Assembly: GCA_964457845.1 (NCBI GenBank)
Contig: CAYWHP010000002.1
Span: 46,112-110,111, forward strand
DNA: 64,000 nt
Source of the DNA: an uncultured Porphyromonadaceae bacterium
GTDB lineage: Bacteria > Bacteroidota > Bacteroidia > Bacteroidales > UBA12481
Direction of reading: 5' to 3'
Within the stretch, counting starts at the first letter, position 1. Every line of letters begins with the position of its first letter. A program made the translations under genes and the position numbers. This document shows, in pieces, positions 56,385 to 64,000 of this stretch. The notes beneath the pieces are model-generated. The model was given only the letters and a program-made list of their open reading frames with translations. It did not search any database and was not told where the DNA came from.

Positions 56385-57323
56385 TTAAAAGAGGAAAGTA
56401 CTACTGATTGACTGATTATTATATGCTTTTTTAATAATATCCGAGAATAGGCCGGCTATGGAAATGACCCGGATCTTCGGGCCGGGTTTTCTGAGCGGAA
56501 TGGAATCGGTAACGACTACTTCAAGCAGGGCCGACTGTTCGATCCTTTCATAAGCCGGTCCGGTAAGGAGGGCATGGGTAGCAATACATCGCACTGATTT
56601 GGCTCCGCTTTCCTTGATAAGGTTGGCTGCCTTAGCGATAGTGCCCGCTGTGTCGATCATGTCGTCGACAAGAATTACGTTTTTATCCCTCACATCGCCA
56701 ATAATGGTCATTTCTCCCACCACATTGGCAGCCTTGCGGGTTTTATGGCAAATGACCATCGGGCAGTCGAGGTATTTCGAATAGGAGTTTGCCCGTTTGG
56801 TGCCCCCTGTATCCGGCGATGCAATAACAAGATCCTCAATTTTTTGCCTGCGTATATCCTCTATGAAAACAGACGATGCATACAAATGGTCTACTGGAAT
56901 GTCGAAGAAACCCTGTATCTGATCAGCATGCAGATCCATCGTAATTACCCGGTCGACACCGGCGGCAACAAGCAGATTGGACATCAGTTTTGCAGCAATA
57001 GATACCCTGGGCCTGTCCTTACGGTCCTGGCGGGCAAAACCGAAATAGGGGATCACAGCAACAATCTTATAAGCTGATGAGCGGTTTGCGGCATCAATCA
57101 TCATTAGCAGTTCAAGCAGATTTTCTGCCGGCGAGAAGGTCGATTGAATAATGAAAACGAAATCACCGCGGACGGTCTCCTCATAACAGGGCTGGAATTC
57201 ACCGTCACTGAATCTCAGCACGGATACCCGACCCAATTCGGTGCCGTATTCGGCAGCTATTTTCTCGGCAAGGTAGCGTGATGCCGTACCGGAGAAGAGC
57301 TTAATCGGACTATTTGGCTGCAT
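56385..57323 (-). CDS. prs: Ribose-phosphate pyrophosphokinase
   Basis: From ATG 57323: MQPNSPIKLFSGTASRYLAEKIA...RFSDGE..., with PRPP-binding VILVDDMIDTAGT. The 386-aa track ORF extension overlaps engB and is spurious. Confidence 0.93.
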   Translation of the reverse strand: MQPNSPIKLFSGTASRYLAEKIAAEYGTELGRVSVLRFSDGEFQPCYEETVRGDFVFIIQSTFSPAENLLELLMMIDAANRSSAYKIVAVIPYFGFARQDRKDRPRVSIAAKLMSNLLVAAGVDRVITMDLHADQIQGFFDIPVDHLYASSVFIEDIRRQKIEDLVIASPDTGGTKRANSYSKYLDCPMVICHKTRKAANVVGEMTIIGDVRDKNVILVDDMIDTAGTIAKAANLIKESGAKSVRCIATHALLTGPAYERIEQSALLEVVVTDSIPLRKPGPKIRVISIAGLFSDIIKKAYNNQSISSTFLF

Positions 57324-57362
57324 AGGTTCGATTTTAAAATGGGTGATAGGCAAGCTAAGCGC

Positions 57363-57370
57363 CAAAGGTA
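57363..57370 (-). promoter_or_regulatory. Candidate -7 promoter box TAccTTTG for prs
   Basis: Plus-strand caaaggta in the engB-prs spacer, 40 nt upstream of ATG 57323. Confidence 0.35.
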
Positions 57371-57393
57371 AATAAATATTGAGGGCTCTTACC

Positions 57394-58008
57394 TCAACGG
57401 TTGAAAAGTAGGTTGGTTTGTTGAATAAACCCGAGGAGTTCTTCGCGTCCCTTTTTATTATGTGCAGATGTAACGAATTGACGTGGAAGGTTTTCCCATG
57501 TTTTCGACATGGCTCTTCCATAGGCTGCGATATTCTTGTTGACAATATTCGGGGTTACCTTGTCGGACTTGGTAAAGGCCAGCACGAATGGAATTTTTTC
57601 CGCTCCCAGGAAGTTTGAAAACTCAATATCAATCGCCTGAGGCTCGATCCGGCTGTCGATCAGCTGAAAGAGACACATCAGGTTTTCACGTCCGATCAGG
57701 TATTTGCTGGTGAAGCCCATCCATTTTTCGCGCATGGTTTTCGAAACCTTAGCATAACCGTATCCAGGCAGATCGACAAGGTACCAGGAATCATTTACCA
57801 GGTAATGGTTGATGGTCTGGGTTTTTCCGGGTGACACCGAGATCCTTGCGAGGCTTCGTCTTCCAGTGATCATGTTGAGGAGGCTTGATTTGCCTACGTT
57901 CGATCGGCCAATGAGGGCATATTCCGGATATACAGGGGCAGGGCAGGATGACGGGTCGGCAGCTGCGGTCAGAAAACTGACAGATTTAATAAGGGAATCG
58001 GATTTCAC
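57394..58008 (-). CDS. engB: Ribosome-biogenesis GTPase YihA/YsxC (EngB)
   Basis: P-loop GRSNVGKSSLLN, DLPGYGYAKVS, FTKSDK (NKxD-type). I prefer GTG 58008 (MKSDSLIKSVSF..), which sits 1 nt after the manA stop. The track start at 58080 would overlap manA by 71 nt. Confidence 0.85.
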   Translation of the reverse strand: MKSDSLIKSVSFLTAAADPSSCPAPVYPEYALIGRSNVGKSSLLNMITGRRSLARISVSPGKTQTINHYLVNDSWYLVDLPGYGYAKVSKTMREKWMGFTSKYLIGRENLMCLFQLIDSRIEPQAIDIEFSNFLGAEKIPFVLAFTKSDKVTPNIVNKNIAAYGRAMSKTWENLPRQFVTSAHNKKGREELLGFIQQTNLLFNR

Positions 58009-58009
58009 T

Positions 58010-59008
58010 TCAGGAATTTGGAACAGCCGGTTTATTGTCGATATATACTTCCAGCACCCTGGTTTCTTCGCGTGGCTCAAGGGTCACATCTTTGAAGATG
58101 GCCGGTAGCAACACGGAATGGCCGGTTTTTACCAGCGTTGGGTTTTCCTCTCCGGTATGGAGAAGAAAGGATCCCTGGATACATATATATATTATGAACG
58201 AATCGATCTCGAGGTAGTCACGCTCGACAGTGCGGTTGAACCAAATCAGGTTGGTTGTGAAATAATCGCAGGCGACAACCGGGCAGGGTCGGTTGCTGCA
58301 AGCCTTGTATTCCGTCCTGTAAGACGGATAGTGTTTGAAGTCTATTGCATCAACAGCTAAGTCAGTGTGCAGCGTTCTTGGCCGGCCGTTTTTTTCGAGC
58401 CTGTTCCAGTCAAATATGCGATAGGTGATATCACTGGTCTGCTGAATTTCGGCAAAGAGAATTCCTGCCCCGGTTGCGTGGACCCGGCCTGCCGGAATAA
58501 AAAAGGTATCGCCGGAATTTACAGTTTCAATATTCAGAATATCCTGGATATTTTTTTGTTCAACTTTTTCCAGAAATTGTTCACGGTTGATTTCACGGTT
58601 GAAACCCGTATAGATTACGGCGCCGGGATCGGCCTGGATGACATGCCAAAGTTCAGTTTTGCCATAAGCTTGGTGTCTTTCGGCAGCAAGTACATCATCG
58701 GGGTGGACTTGTACCGACAATACATCATGGGCATCAATAAGCTTAATGAGCAATGGAAATTCAGTTCCGTGTTTTTCATATACGGAATCGCCGACCAGAT
58801 CACCCATATAGACTTCAATAAGTTCCTGCAAGTCGTTTCCCTCGAGAAACCCCTCCTTTACGACGGAGACGTTTCCTTCGACACAAGAGATTTCCCAGCT
58901 TTCACCGGTCATATCCGGAGCATCCTTTTTCCCAAGTATATCCCTGAGTTTGTTTCCACCCCATAAACGGTACTGGTAAACAGGCTTAAAGCGTAGAGGA
59001 TACAGCAT
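58010..59008 (-). CDS. manA: Class I mannose-6-phosphate isomerase (cupin)
   Basis: MLYPLRFKPVYQYRLWGGNKL..., SVQVHPDD and GRVHATG metal-ligand contexts, 332 aa. Confidence 0.85.
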   Translation of the reverse strand: MLYPLRFKPVYQYRLWGGNKLRDILGKKDAPDMTGESWEISCVEGNVSVVKEGFLEGNDLQELIEVYMGDLVGDSVYEKHGTEFPLLIKLIDAHDVLSVQVHPDDVLAAERHQAYGKTELWHVIQADPGAVIYTGFNREINREQFLEKVEQKNIQDILNIETVNSGDTFFIPAGRVHATGAGILFAEIQQTSDITYRIFDWNRLEKNGRPRTLHTDLAVDAIDFKHYPSYRTEYKACSNRPCPVVACDYFTTNLIWFNRTVERDYLEIDSFIIYICIQGSFLLHTGEENPTLVKTGHSVLLPAIFKDVTLEPREETRVLEVYIDNKPAVPNS

Positions 59009-59180
59009 ATGTTTACAATTTGGTTCGGTTTCCTACAGTATCACTTTTTCCAGGGCCAGGGCAAGCTTCTTTCGGATTCTGACAAAAAATCCGTTATTTT
59101 GAACAGGACTAGTCACCGGATCATGGATTGGAACAGTGATTCGGTAAATATACAATTACCTCCTGAATCTTAAACAAATT

Positions 59181-59795
59181 ATGTTGATAGTCGGTATAGC
59201 CGGGGGGACCGGAAGTGGAAAGACCACCGTGGTTAAAAAGGTAATGGACAGTTTTTCAAGGGGTGAGGTTGCTCTGCTGCCTCAGGACTCGTACTATAAA
59301 GACAACAGTTTTCTTCCGCTCGCGGAGCGTCAGAAGTTGAATTTCGATCATCCCGATTCCATAGAGTGGCCTCTTCTGACGGAACACCTGAAGTCATTGC
59401 GGAGCGGGGAAGAGATATTGCAGCCGGTATATTCCTATTTAACCTGTACGCGGCTGCCTGAAACGATACCGGTACAGCCACTGCATGTAATCATTGTTGA
59501 AGGGATATTAATTTTAACCCAAAAGGAGATCAGGGATCTTCTTGATATAAAGGTGTTTGTTGATACTGATGCCGATGATCGGCTCTCCCGGGTTATCCGC
59601 CGCGACATTCAGGAACGGGGGCGGTCAGCGGAAGCTGTCCTTCACAGGTACTCGCTAACAGTAAAGCCCATGCACCTTGATTTTATTGAACCTTCAAAAA
59701 GGTATGCCGACTTGATAATTCCTCAGGGTGGGGAGAACAAGGTGGGGATCCGGATGCTCACCTCGCTGATTCGCCAATACCTTAGTGAAGGATGA
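59181..59795 (+). CDS. udk: Uridine kinase
   Basis: VGIAGGTGSGKTT P-loop, NFDHPDS, VIIVEGIL and RRDIQERGRS motifs. Confidence 0.93.
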   Translation: MLIVGIAGGTGSGKTTVVKKVMDSFSRGEVALLPQDSYYKDNSFLPLAERQKLNFDHPDSIEWPLLTEHLKSLRSGEEILQPVYSYLTCTRLPETIPVQPLHVIIVEGILILTQKEIRDLLDIKVFVDTDADDRLSRVIRRDIQERGRSAEAVLHRYSLTVKPMHLDFIEPSKRYADLIIPQGGENKVGIRMLTSLIRQYLSEG

Positions 59796-60588
59796 ACCTT
59801 CTGACGATGCCCGTGAAAATTTCAGGCTGCTCGGCATGGAGCCAGTGCCCGGCGTTTTTGATGGTTACAATCTGTGCTGTTGGAAAAAGTTGCATGATGA
59901 GCATTACATCCGGTTCCAGAATATAGGGTGATTTCTCTCCCCTGATAAAAATAACCGGGAAATTGGTAAAGGATTTACCGATTGTAGAATCCGGATCGAG
60001 GCCACCGGCCAGGCTATTCAGGTTGTTCCCGATGGCTTCCAGGTTAATCTTCCATTCGTAAGACCCGGAAACCGTTTTTCTGAGGTTCTTCAATAAAAAC
60101 TGGCGTAATCGTTTCCCCGGCAGGCTGGTTTCGAGTCTTTGGTCAACTTCCCCGATGGTATTGGCAGTTGAAACATCGGCTGCGGCAAGGGCAGCGAGTA
60201 TCTCCTTGTGTTCATTCATGTGATTTGAAGGGCCCGTGTCGTTGAGATAGGACCTTGGACCGATGTCGGCAATGATCAGGCTGCTTACACGGCCGGGATT
60301 TGTTGTGGCAAACCAAAGAGCAGCTTTGCCTCCCATTGAGTGTCCGAGAATCGTTGCTTTTTGCAATCCCAGGTCGTCCATCAGGTTGCCCAAATCTTCT
60401 GCGAGCACCTTGTAGTTGAGTACTTCCGAATGCGGCGAAGAGCCGTGATTCCGCTGATCGACCAGGATAACCTCGCATATTCCGGCAAGGGCATGCGCGA
60501 TGGTCAGCCAGTTGTCGCCGCTGCCATACAATCCATGAAGAATAATCAGGGGATGGCCTGCCCCCAGTTTTCGATAATTGAGTTCCAT
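59782..60588 (-). CDS. Alpha/beta-fold hydrolase
   Basis: From ATG 60588: MELNYRKLGAGHPLIILHGLYGSGDNW, nucleophile elbow GHSMGG, C-terminal NAGHWLHAEQP. The track start at 60666 overlaps pdxJ. Confidence 0.82.
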   Translation of the reverse strand: MELNYRKLGAGHPLIILHGLYGSGDNWLTIAHALAGICEVILVDQRNHGSSPHSEVLNYKVLAEDLGNLMDDLGLQKATILGHSMGGKAALWFATTNPGRVSSLIIADIGPRSYLNDTGPSNHMNEHKEILAALAAADVSTANTIGEVDQRLETSLPGKRLRQFLLKNLRKTVSGSYEWKINLEAIGNNLNSLAGGLDPDSTIGKSFTNFPVIFIRGEKSPYILEPDVMLIMQLFPTAQIVTIKNAGHWLHAEQPEIFTGIVRRFILH

Positions 60589-60601
60589 GGCAGATTTACA
60601 G

Positions 60602-61321
60602 CTAATCCCGTTCAAGCTGGCGCCTGTAAAGTCGTATCGTGTTTTCGAGGCCGAGGTAAAGGGCATCGGATATCAAGGCATGCCCGATACTAACTTCAAG
60701 CAGTTCATCGATATGACTGGCGAAGTATTTCAGGTTTTGCAGACTGAGATCATGGCCGGCATTTAAACCCAGTCCCAAATCCACAGCTGTTTTCGCTGCA
60801 AGCATAAACGGTGCGATGGCAGCCGCGGGGTCTGACGGGTACCCCAGTGCATAGGGTTCTGTGTACAATTCCACCCGTTCGGCACCAGTTTTTGCGGCGA
60901 AGCGGATCATTTCGGTATTTGCATCCACGAATAGGGAAACGCGTATCCCCTTTTCATGGAATCTTCCAACAACATCCCGGAGAAAACGCTGATTTTTCAC
61001 AGTATCCCATCCTGCATTTGAGGTAACCGCATCCGCTGCATCGGGTACCAGGGTAACTTGTTCTGGAAGGACCTTTGTAACCAGTTGAATAAATGATTCA
61101 GAAGGGTAGCCTTCGATATTGAATTCCGTTGTTACCAAAGGTTTAAGGGCGAAAACATCCTGATAACGGATATGCCGCTCATCGGGCCTGGGATGAACGG
61201 TTATACCCTGCGCCCCGAACCGTTCGCAATCCAGCGCTACAGTCAGCAGGTTGGGGACATTGGCTCCCCGGGCATTCCGGAGTGTGGCAATTTTATTTAT
61301 ATTTACACTTAATCTGGTCAT
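60602..61321 (-). CDS. pdxJ: Pyridoxine 5'-phosphate synthase
   Basis: [19 protein letters not shown]...[12 protein letters not shown]...NAGHDL. Confidence 0.94.
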   Translation of the reverse strand: MTRLSVNINKIATLRNARGANVPNLLTVALDCERFGAQGITVHPRPDERHIRYQDVFALKPLVTTEFNIEGYPSESFIQLVTKVLPEQVTLVPDAADAVTSNAGWDTVKNQRFLRDVVGRFHEKGIRVSLFVDANTEMIRFAAKTGAERVELYTEPYALGYPSDPAAAIAPFMLAAKTAVDLGLGLNAGHDLSLQNLKYFASHIDELLEVSIGHALISDALYLGLENTIRLYRRQLERD

Positions 61322-61367
61322 TAGGCCGGGTATTTAACTGAGCGCTAATTTACAAATATCCTATGAG

Positions 61368-62033
61368 ATGCTTGCGGCCGATCTGATAACCGATACGATT
61401 GCAGCCGTTTCAGAAACGGATACAGTTCAGGCGGTGCTCAACCGTATGAGTACACTTTTGGTTTCACAACTTCCGGTCTCTATTGAGTCCCGCTATGCCG
61501 GCCTCGTAACCCGTCAGGAAATTGAAACCGCAGTTTTGACGGACGAAACAGTCGGAAGCAGCAAGGTCGCTTATCTGCCGGTATCCGTTTCCGGAACCCA
61601 GCACATTTATGAAGTTATCGATGCCGTGTCAAGGCACAATCTTTCGCTACTGCCTGTTGTAACGGAATCCGGCGAATATCAGGGGAGCATCCTGCTTCCG
61701 GGGCTTCTGAAACAGGTTGGAACCATCACTTCTGCAGGTGAGCATGGGGCGATTATGGTGCTTTTACTGGCACTACAGGATTATTCTCCCGCCATGTTGG
61801 CAAGGATTATTGAGGAGAACAATGCCAAGATCATCAGCCTCTTTGCGGTTCCCGATCCAAATGGTAAGGATATCACGGTAACTATCAAGATCAACACGCA
61901 GGAAACCAGTTCTATAATAAGGACTTTCGATAGATATGGTTTTCCGGTTAAGACACACTTCCTTGCCGATAATCAGTTGGATGATTTTTATCGGACACGA
62001 TATGAGGAGTTTATGAATTACATGAATATATAG
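61368..62033 (+). CDS. CBS-domain-containing protein
   Basis: 221 aa. The sequence is compatible with tandem CBS-like segments (LPVSIESRYAGLVT...; LPVVTESGEYQGSI...), and the position upstream of nadK is common in Bacteroidota. Confidence 0.65.
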   Translation: MLAADLITDTIAAVSETDTVQAVLNRMSTLLVSQLPVSIESRYAGLVTRQEIETAVLTDETVGSSKVAYLPVSVSGTQHIYEVIDAVSRHNLSLLPVVTESGEYQGSILLPGLLKQVGTITSAGEHGAIMVLLLALQDYSPAMLARIIEENNAKIISLFAVPDPNGKDITVTIKINTQETSSIIRTFDRYGFPVKTHFLADNQLDDFYRTRYEEFMNYMNI

Positions 62034-62037
62034 CAGA

Positions 62038-62940
62038 ATGGCGAGCACAGCAGGAATACGTCGTGTGTATATTTTCGGACGGGAATTCGACGAGGGTTTC
62101 AGGGCCCCATTTCTCCAACTGCTTGATAGACTGAATGCTTACGAGGTTGAGGTTTTGTTGTTTAAGCCATTTCGTGATTTTGCTGCCGGCCTGGTGCTGA
62201 CCGGTCTTGAAGGTTATCCGGTTTTTTATTCCTACAGCGAGATCCGGGGTAGCGACAGTATTCTTTTCAGTATAGGTGGTGACGGATCTTTTCTTGAAGC
62301 GGTTACTTTCGTGCGGGAGCAGCCGGTACCCATCGCCGGGATAAACAGCGGCCGGCTGGGATTTCTGGCTGATATTTCAAGGGATGAGATTTATAGTGCA
62401 GTTGATGAAATTATGCAAGGCAGAGCTGGTTTGGATGAAAGGGCCTTGTTAAGGATTGCGGGAGATCAGCCTGTTTTCGGAGATTTTAATTTCGCGCTCA
62501 ATGAGGTGACGGTGCATAAGCGAGACGTGTCATCAATGATCAAAATCAGCGCCTTTCTTGATGAACAGTTCCTGAATACCTATTGGGCTGACGGTCTGAT
62601 CGTAGCAACGCCAACCGGGTCAACTGCGTACTCGTTAAGTGTGGGAGGTCCCCTGGTTTTGCCTGACTCCAGGAATTTCGTAGTGTCACCAATCGCACCA
62701 CATAACCTTACCGTGCGTCCCCTTGTTTATAACGACAGCATGACTCTCAGGCTCCACGTTGAAACACGGAGCGGAACTTTTATGGTATCGGCGGACTCCC
62801 GTTCAACCGTGATTGATGACCGGATTGAACTTACAATTTCGAAGGCCCCCTTCTGTATTCAAACGATCCGCCTTAGCGATCATAATTTTTATCACACGCT
62901 CCGAACCAAGCTCATGTGGGGAGCCGACAGACGGAATTAA
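62038..62940 (+). CDS. nadK: NAD+ kinase
   Basis: GGDGSFL, NxGxLGFL (NSGRLGFL) and TPTGSTAYSLSVGGP motifs. Confidence 0.93.
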   Translation: MASTAGIRRVYIFGREFDEGFRAPFLQLLDRLNAYEVEVLLFKPFRDFAAGLVLTGLEGYPVFYSYSEIRGSDSILFSIGGDGSFLEAVTFVREQPVPIAGINSGRLGFLADISRDEIYSAVDEIMQGRAGLDERALLRIAGDQPVFGDFNFALNEVTVHKRDVSSMIKISAFLDEQFLNTYWADGLIVATPTGSTAYSLSVGGPLVLPDSRNFVVSPIAPHNLTVRPLVYNDSMTLRLHVETRSGTFMVSADSRSTVIDDRIELTISKAPFCIQTIRLSDHNFYHTLRTKLMWGADRRN

Positions 62941-63002
62941 GCGGTCATAGTACACAAATCGGCCTTCCCCCGGGTATACCCGAAAACCTTTCCATTTTAT
63001 AC

Positions 63003-63010
63003 TATATTTG
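63003..63010 (+). promoter_or_regulatory. Candidate -7 promoter box TAtaTTTG upstream of the beta-barrel gene / uppS
   Basis: Exact TAnnTTTG, 59 nt upstream of ATG 63069. Confidence 0.35.
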
Positions 63011-63068
63011 CGGTTTGGCAGTTATTGTAGGAGGTTGCCGGTAAGGTGACGCCCACAATACCATTGAG

Positions 63069-63686
63069 ATGAAAAAAGGACTTTTGACAATCGGATTCTG
63101 TCTGGCAGTAATGGGCACATACGCTCAGCGAAGTTATGATTACGGACTGTTTCTGGGGACGACCCAGAGTCACCGTTATTCCATACTTCCCGTTCCGGAT
63201 ATAAACGGGCTCGATTACAGTGCCGGCGGCTATTACCGGTATAGTCTGAATTCACGGTATTCTTTGCGGGGTGGGGTAAATCTTGGTTTCGACAGGACCA
63301 ACTTTATGCCAAACATGTTCGATGCTTTCGGATTGTTTGAGTTTAACTTTCATCCGCTCAGCCCTAAAAGGGATAAGAAGAAGTTGACCTCCTATGTTGC
63401 TGTTGGTTTGGCCTATCTGGATTCAATCCCCTTTGCTCAGAAGAACTTCAAAGTTAGGGTGCCCTTCAACGTTGGCGTACGCTGGAATGCTACTCCGAGC
63501 CTGACTGTGGGTGTTGAATGGGCTTTACGGAAGGGATATGAAAAAGATCTTAATCCGCTCATCGACAGGTATAATCCACTGTTGTCGAACTGGAAGTCGC
63601 ATGTGGGGATTACTGTCGGATATATGGTAAGTAACTATTGCAAAACCTGTCCGTTTTACGATAATGAACGAAAGAAACTAAAATGA
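63069..63686 (+). CDS. Hypothetical outer-membrane beta-barrel-like protein
   Basis: Signal peptide MKKGLLTIGFCLAVMGTYAQ and an alternating aromatic/glycine strand pattern, between nadK and uppS. Confidence 0.5.
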   Translation: MKKGLLTIGFCLAVMGTYAQRSYDYGLFLGTTQSHRYSILPVPDINGLDYSAGGYYRYSLNSRYSLRGGVNLGFDRTNFMPNMFDAFGLFEFNFHPLSPKRDKKKLTSYVAVGLAYLDSIPFAQKNFKVRVPFNVGVRWNATPSLTVGVEWALRKGYEKDLNPLIDRYNPLLSNWKSHVGITVGYMVSNYCKTCPFYDNERKKLK

Positions 63687-64000
63687 GCCTGAAGGACAAG
63701 ATTATCCGCGAAAAATTACCGGGCCATGTTGCGATCATTATGGACGGAAACGGAAGGTGGGCCGTCCGCAAGGGGGCAGCAAGGATTTTTGGGCACCAGC
63801 ATGGCGTAACGCCTGTAGATGAAGTTGTTCAGGCCAGTGCTGAGCTTGGAATCAAATACCTGACTCTTTATGCTTTCAGTACAGAAAACTGGAATCGTCC
63901 GATGGAGGAGATTGATGCGCTGATGGGCCTTCTTGTATCGACATTAAAGAGAGAAAAAAAGAAATTGCTGGATAACAACATCCGGCTCAAGAGCGTCGGC
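63683..64000 (+). CDS. uppS: Isoprenyl transferase / undecaprenyl-diphosphate synthase, N-terminal 106 codons (runs off the right edge)
   Basis: My translation from ATG 63683 gives MSLKDKIIREKLPGHVAIIMDGNGRWA...GHQHG...LTLYAFSTENWNRP. The ATG overlaps the upstream TGA. Confidence 0.9.
   Translation, partial: MSLKDKIIREKLPGHVAIIMDGNGRWAVRKGAARIFGHQHGVTPVDEVVQASAELGIKYLTLYAFSTENWNRPMEEIDALMGLLVSTLKREKKKLLDNNIRLKSVG

Noticed and set aside
57324-57545. 74-codon upstream extension of the prs ORF, overlapping the 3' end of engB.
   Set aside because: Prs homology starts at MQPNSPIKLFSG (ATG 57323). A TAccTTTG box lies inside the extension, which overlaps a real gene.
1-64000. Window-wide search for CRISPR arrays, IS elements or inverted terminal repeats, integrases, tRNA/rRNA/tmRNA genes and toxin-antitoxin or defence cassettes.
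   Set aside because: I saw no direct-repeat/spacer periodicity, transposase- or integrase-like ORF, or cloverleaf-sized conserved non-coding segment. All gaps over 100 nt are accounted for by promoters, terminators, rpmJ or the small basic ORF.

Overview
This 64-kb window is a chromosomal segment with hallmarks of a Bacteroidota genome. These are a T9SS type-B (gliding-motility) C-terminal sorting domain, a gldD-like lipoprotein next to ssb, recurrent TAnnTTTG -7 promoter boxes, and mostly Shine-Dalgarno-less starts. The core (8067..25849, + strand) is an uninterrupted str-S10-spc-alpha ribosomal superoperon running rpsL-rpsG-fusA-rpsJ ... secY-map-infA-rpmJ-rpsM-rpsK-rpsD-rpoA-rplQ. The flanks are almost entirely housekeeping genes: UvrD-type helicase, UbiD-family decarboxylase, DsbD, RNase G, HU, SSB, YchF, transketolase, HisRS, histidine ammonia-lyase, aldehyde dehydrogenase, SRAP, Pth, L25, Prs, EngB, ManA, Udk, PdxJ, NadK and UppS. 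I found no tRNA or rRNA genes, no CRISPR array, no transposase or integrase, and no obvious defence island. No intergenic gap exceeds about 270 nt, so little space is left unexplained. I did not find a convincing new multi-gene system. Seven observations are most worth a second look.
1. An EF-G paralog with degenerate GTPase motifs (catalytic His replaced) sits 7 nt downstream of a predicted extracytoplasmic TPR-CHAT protease.
2. An ORF absent from the supplied ORF track encodes a 30-aa polybasic peptide between hup and rng, with a bS22/mS38-like motif.
3. rpmJ carries an apparent 1-nt frameshift.
4. A sensor kinase, response regulator and Hsp15-like S4 protein have overlapping start/stop codons, followed after 11 nt by a conserved unknown gene.
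5. A GGGP-synthase-family gene overlaps the 3' end of gldD.
6. hisS and hutH are tightly coupled.
7. The L25 gene has a roughly 100-nt leader containing a perfect 12-bp hairpin.
All functional calls rest on motif-level reading of the translated ORFs and on synteny. No database search was possible.
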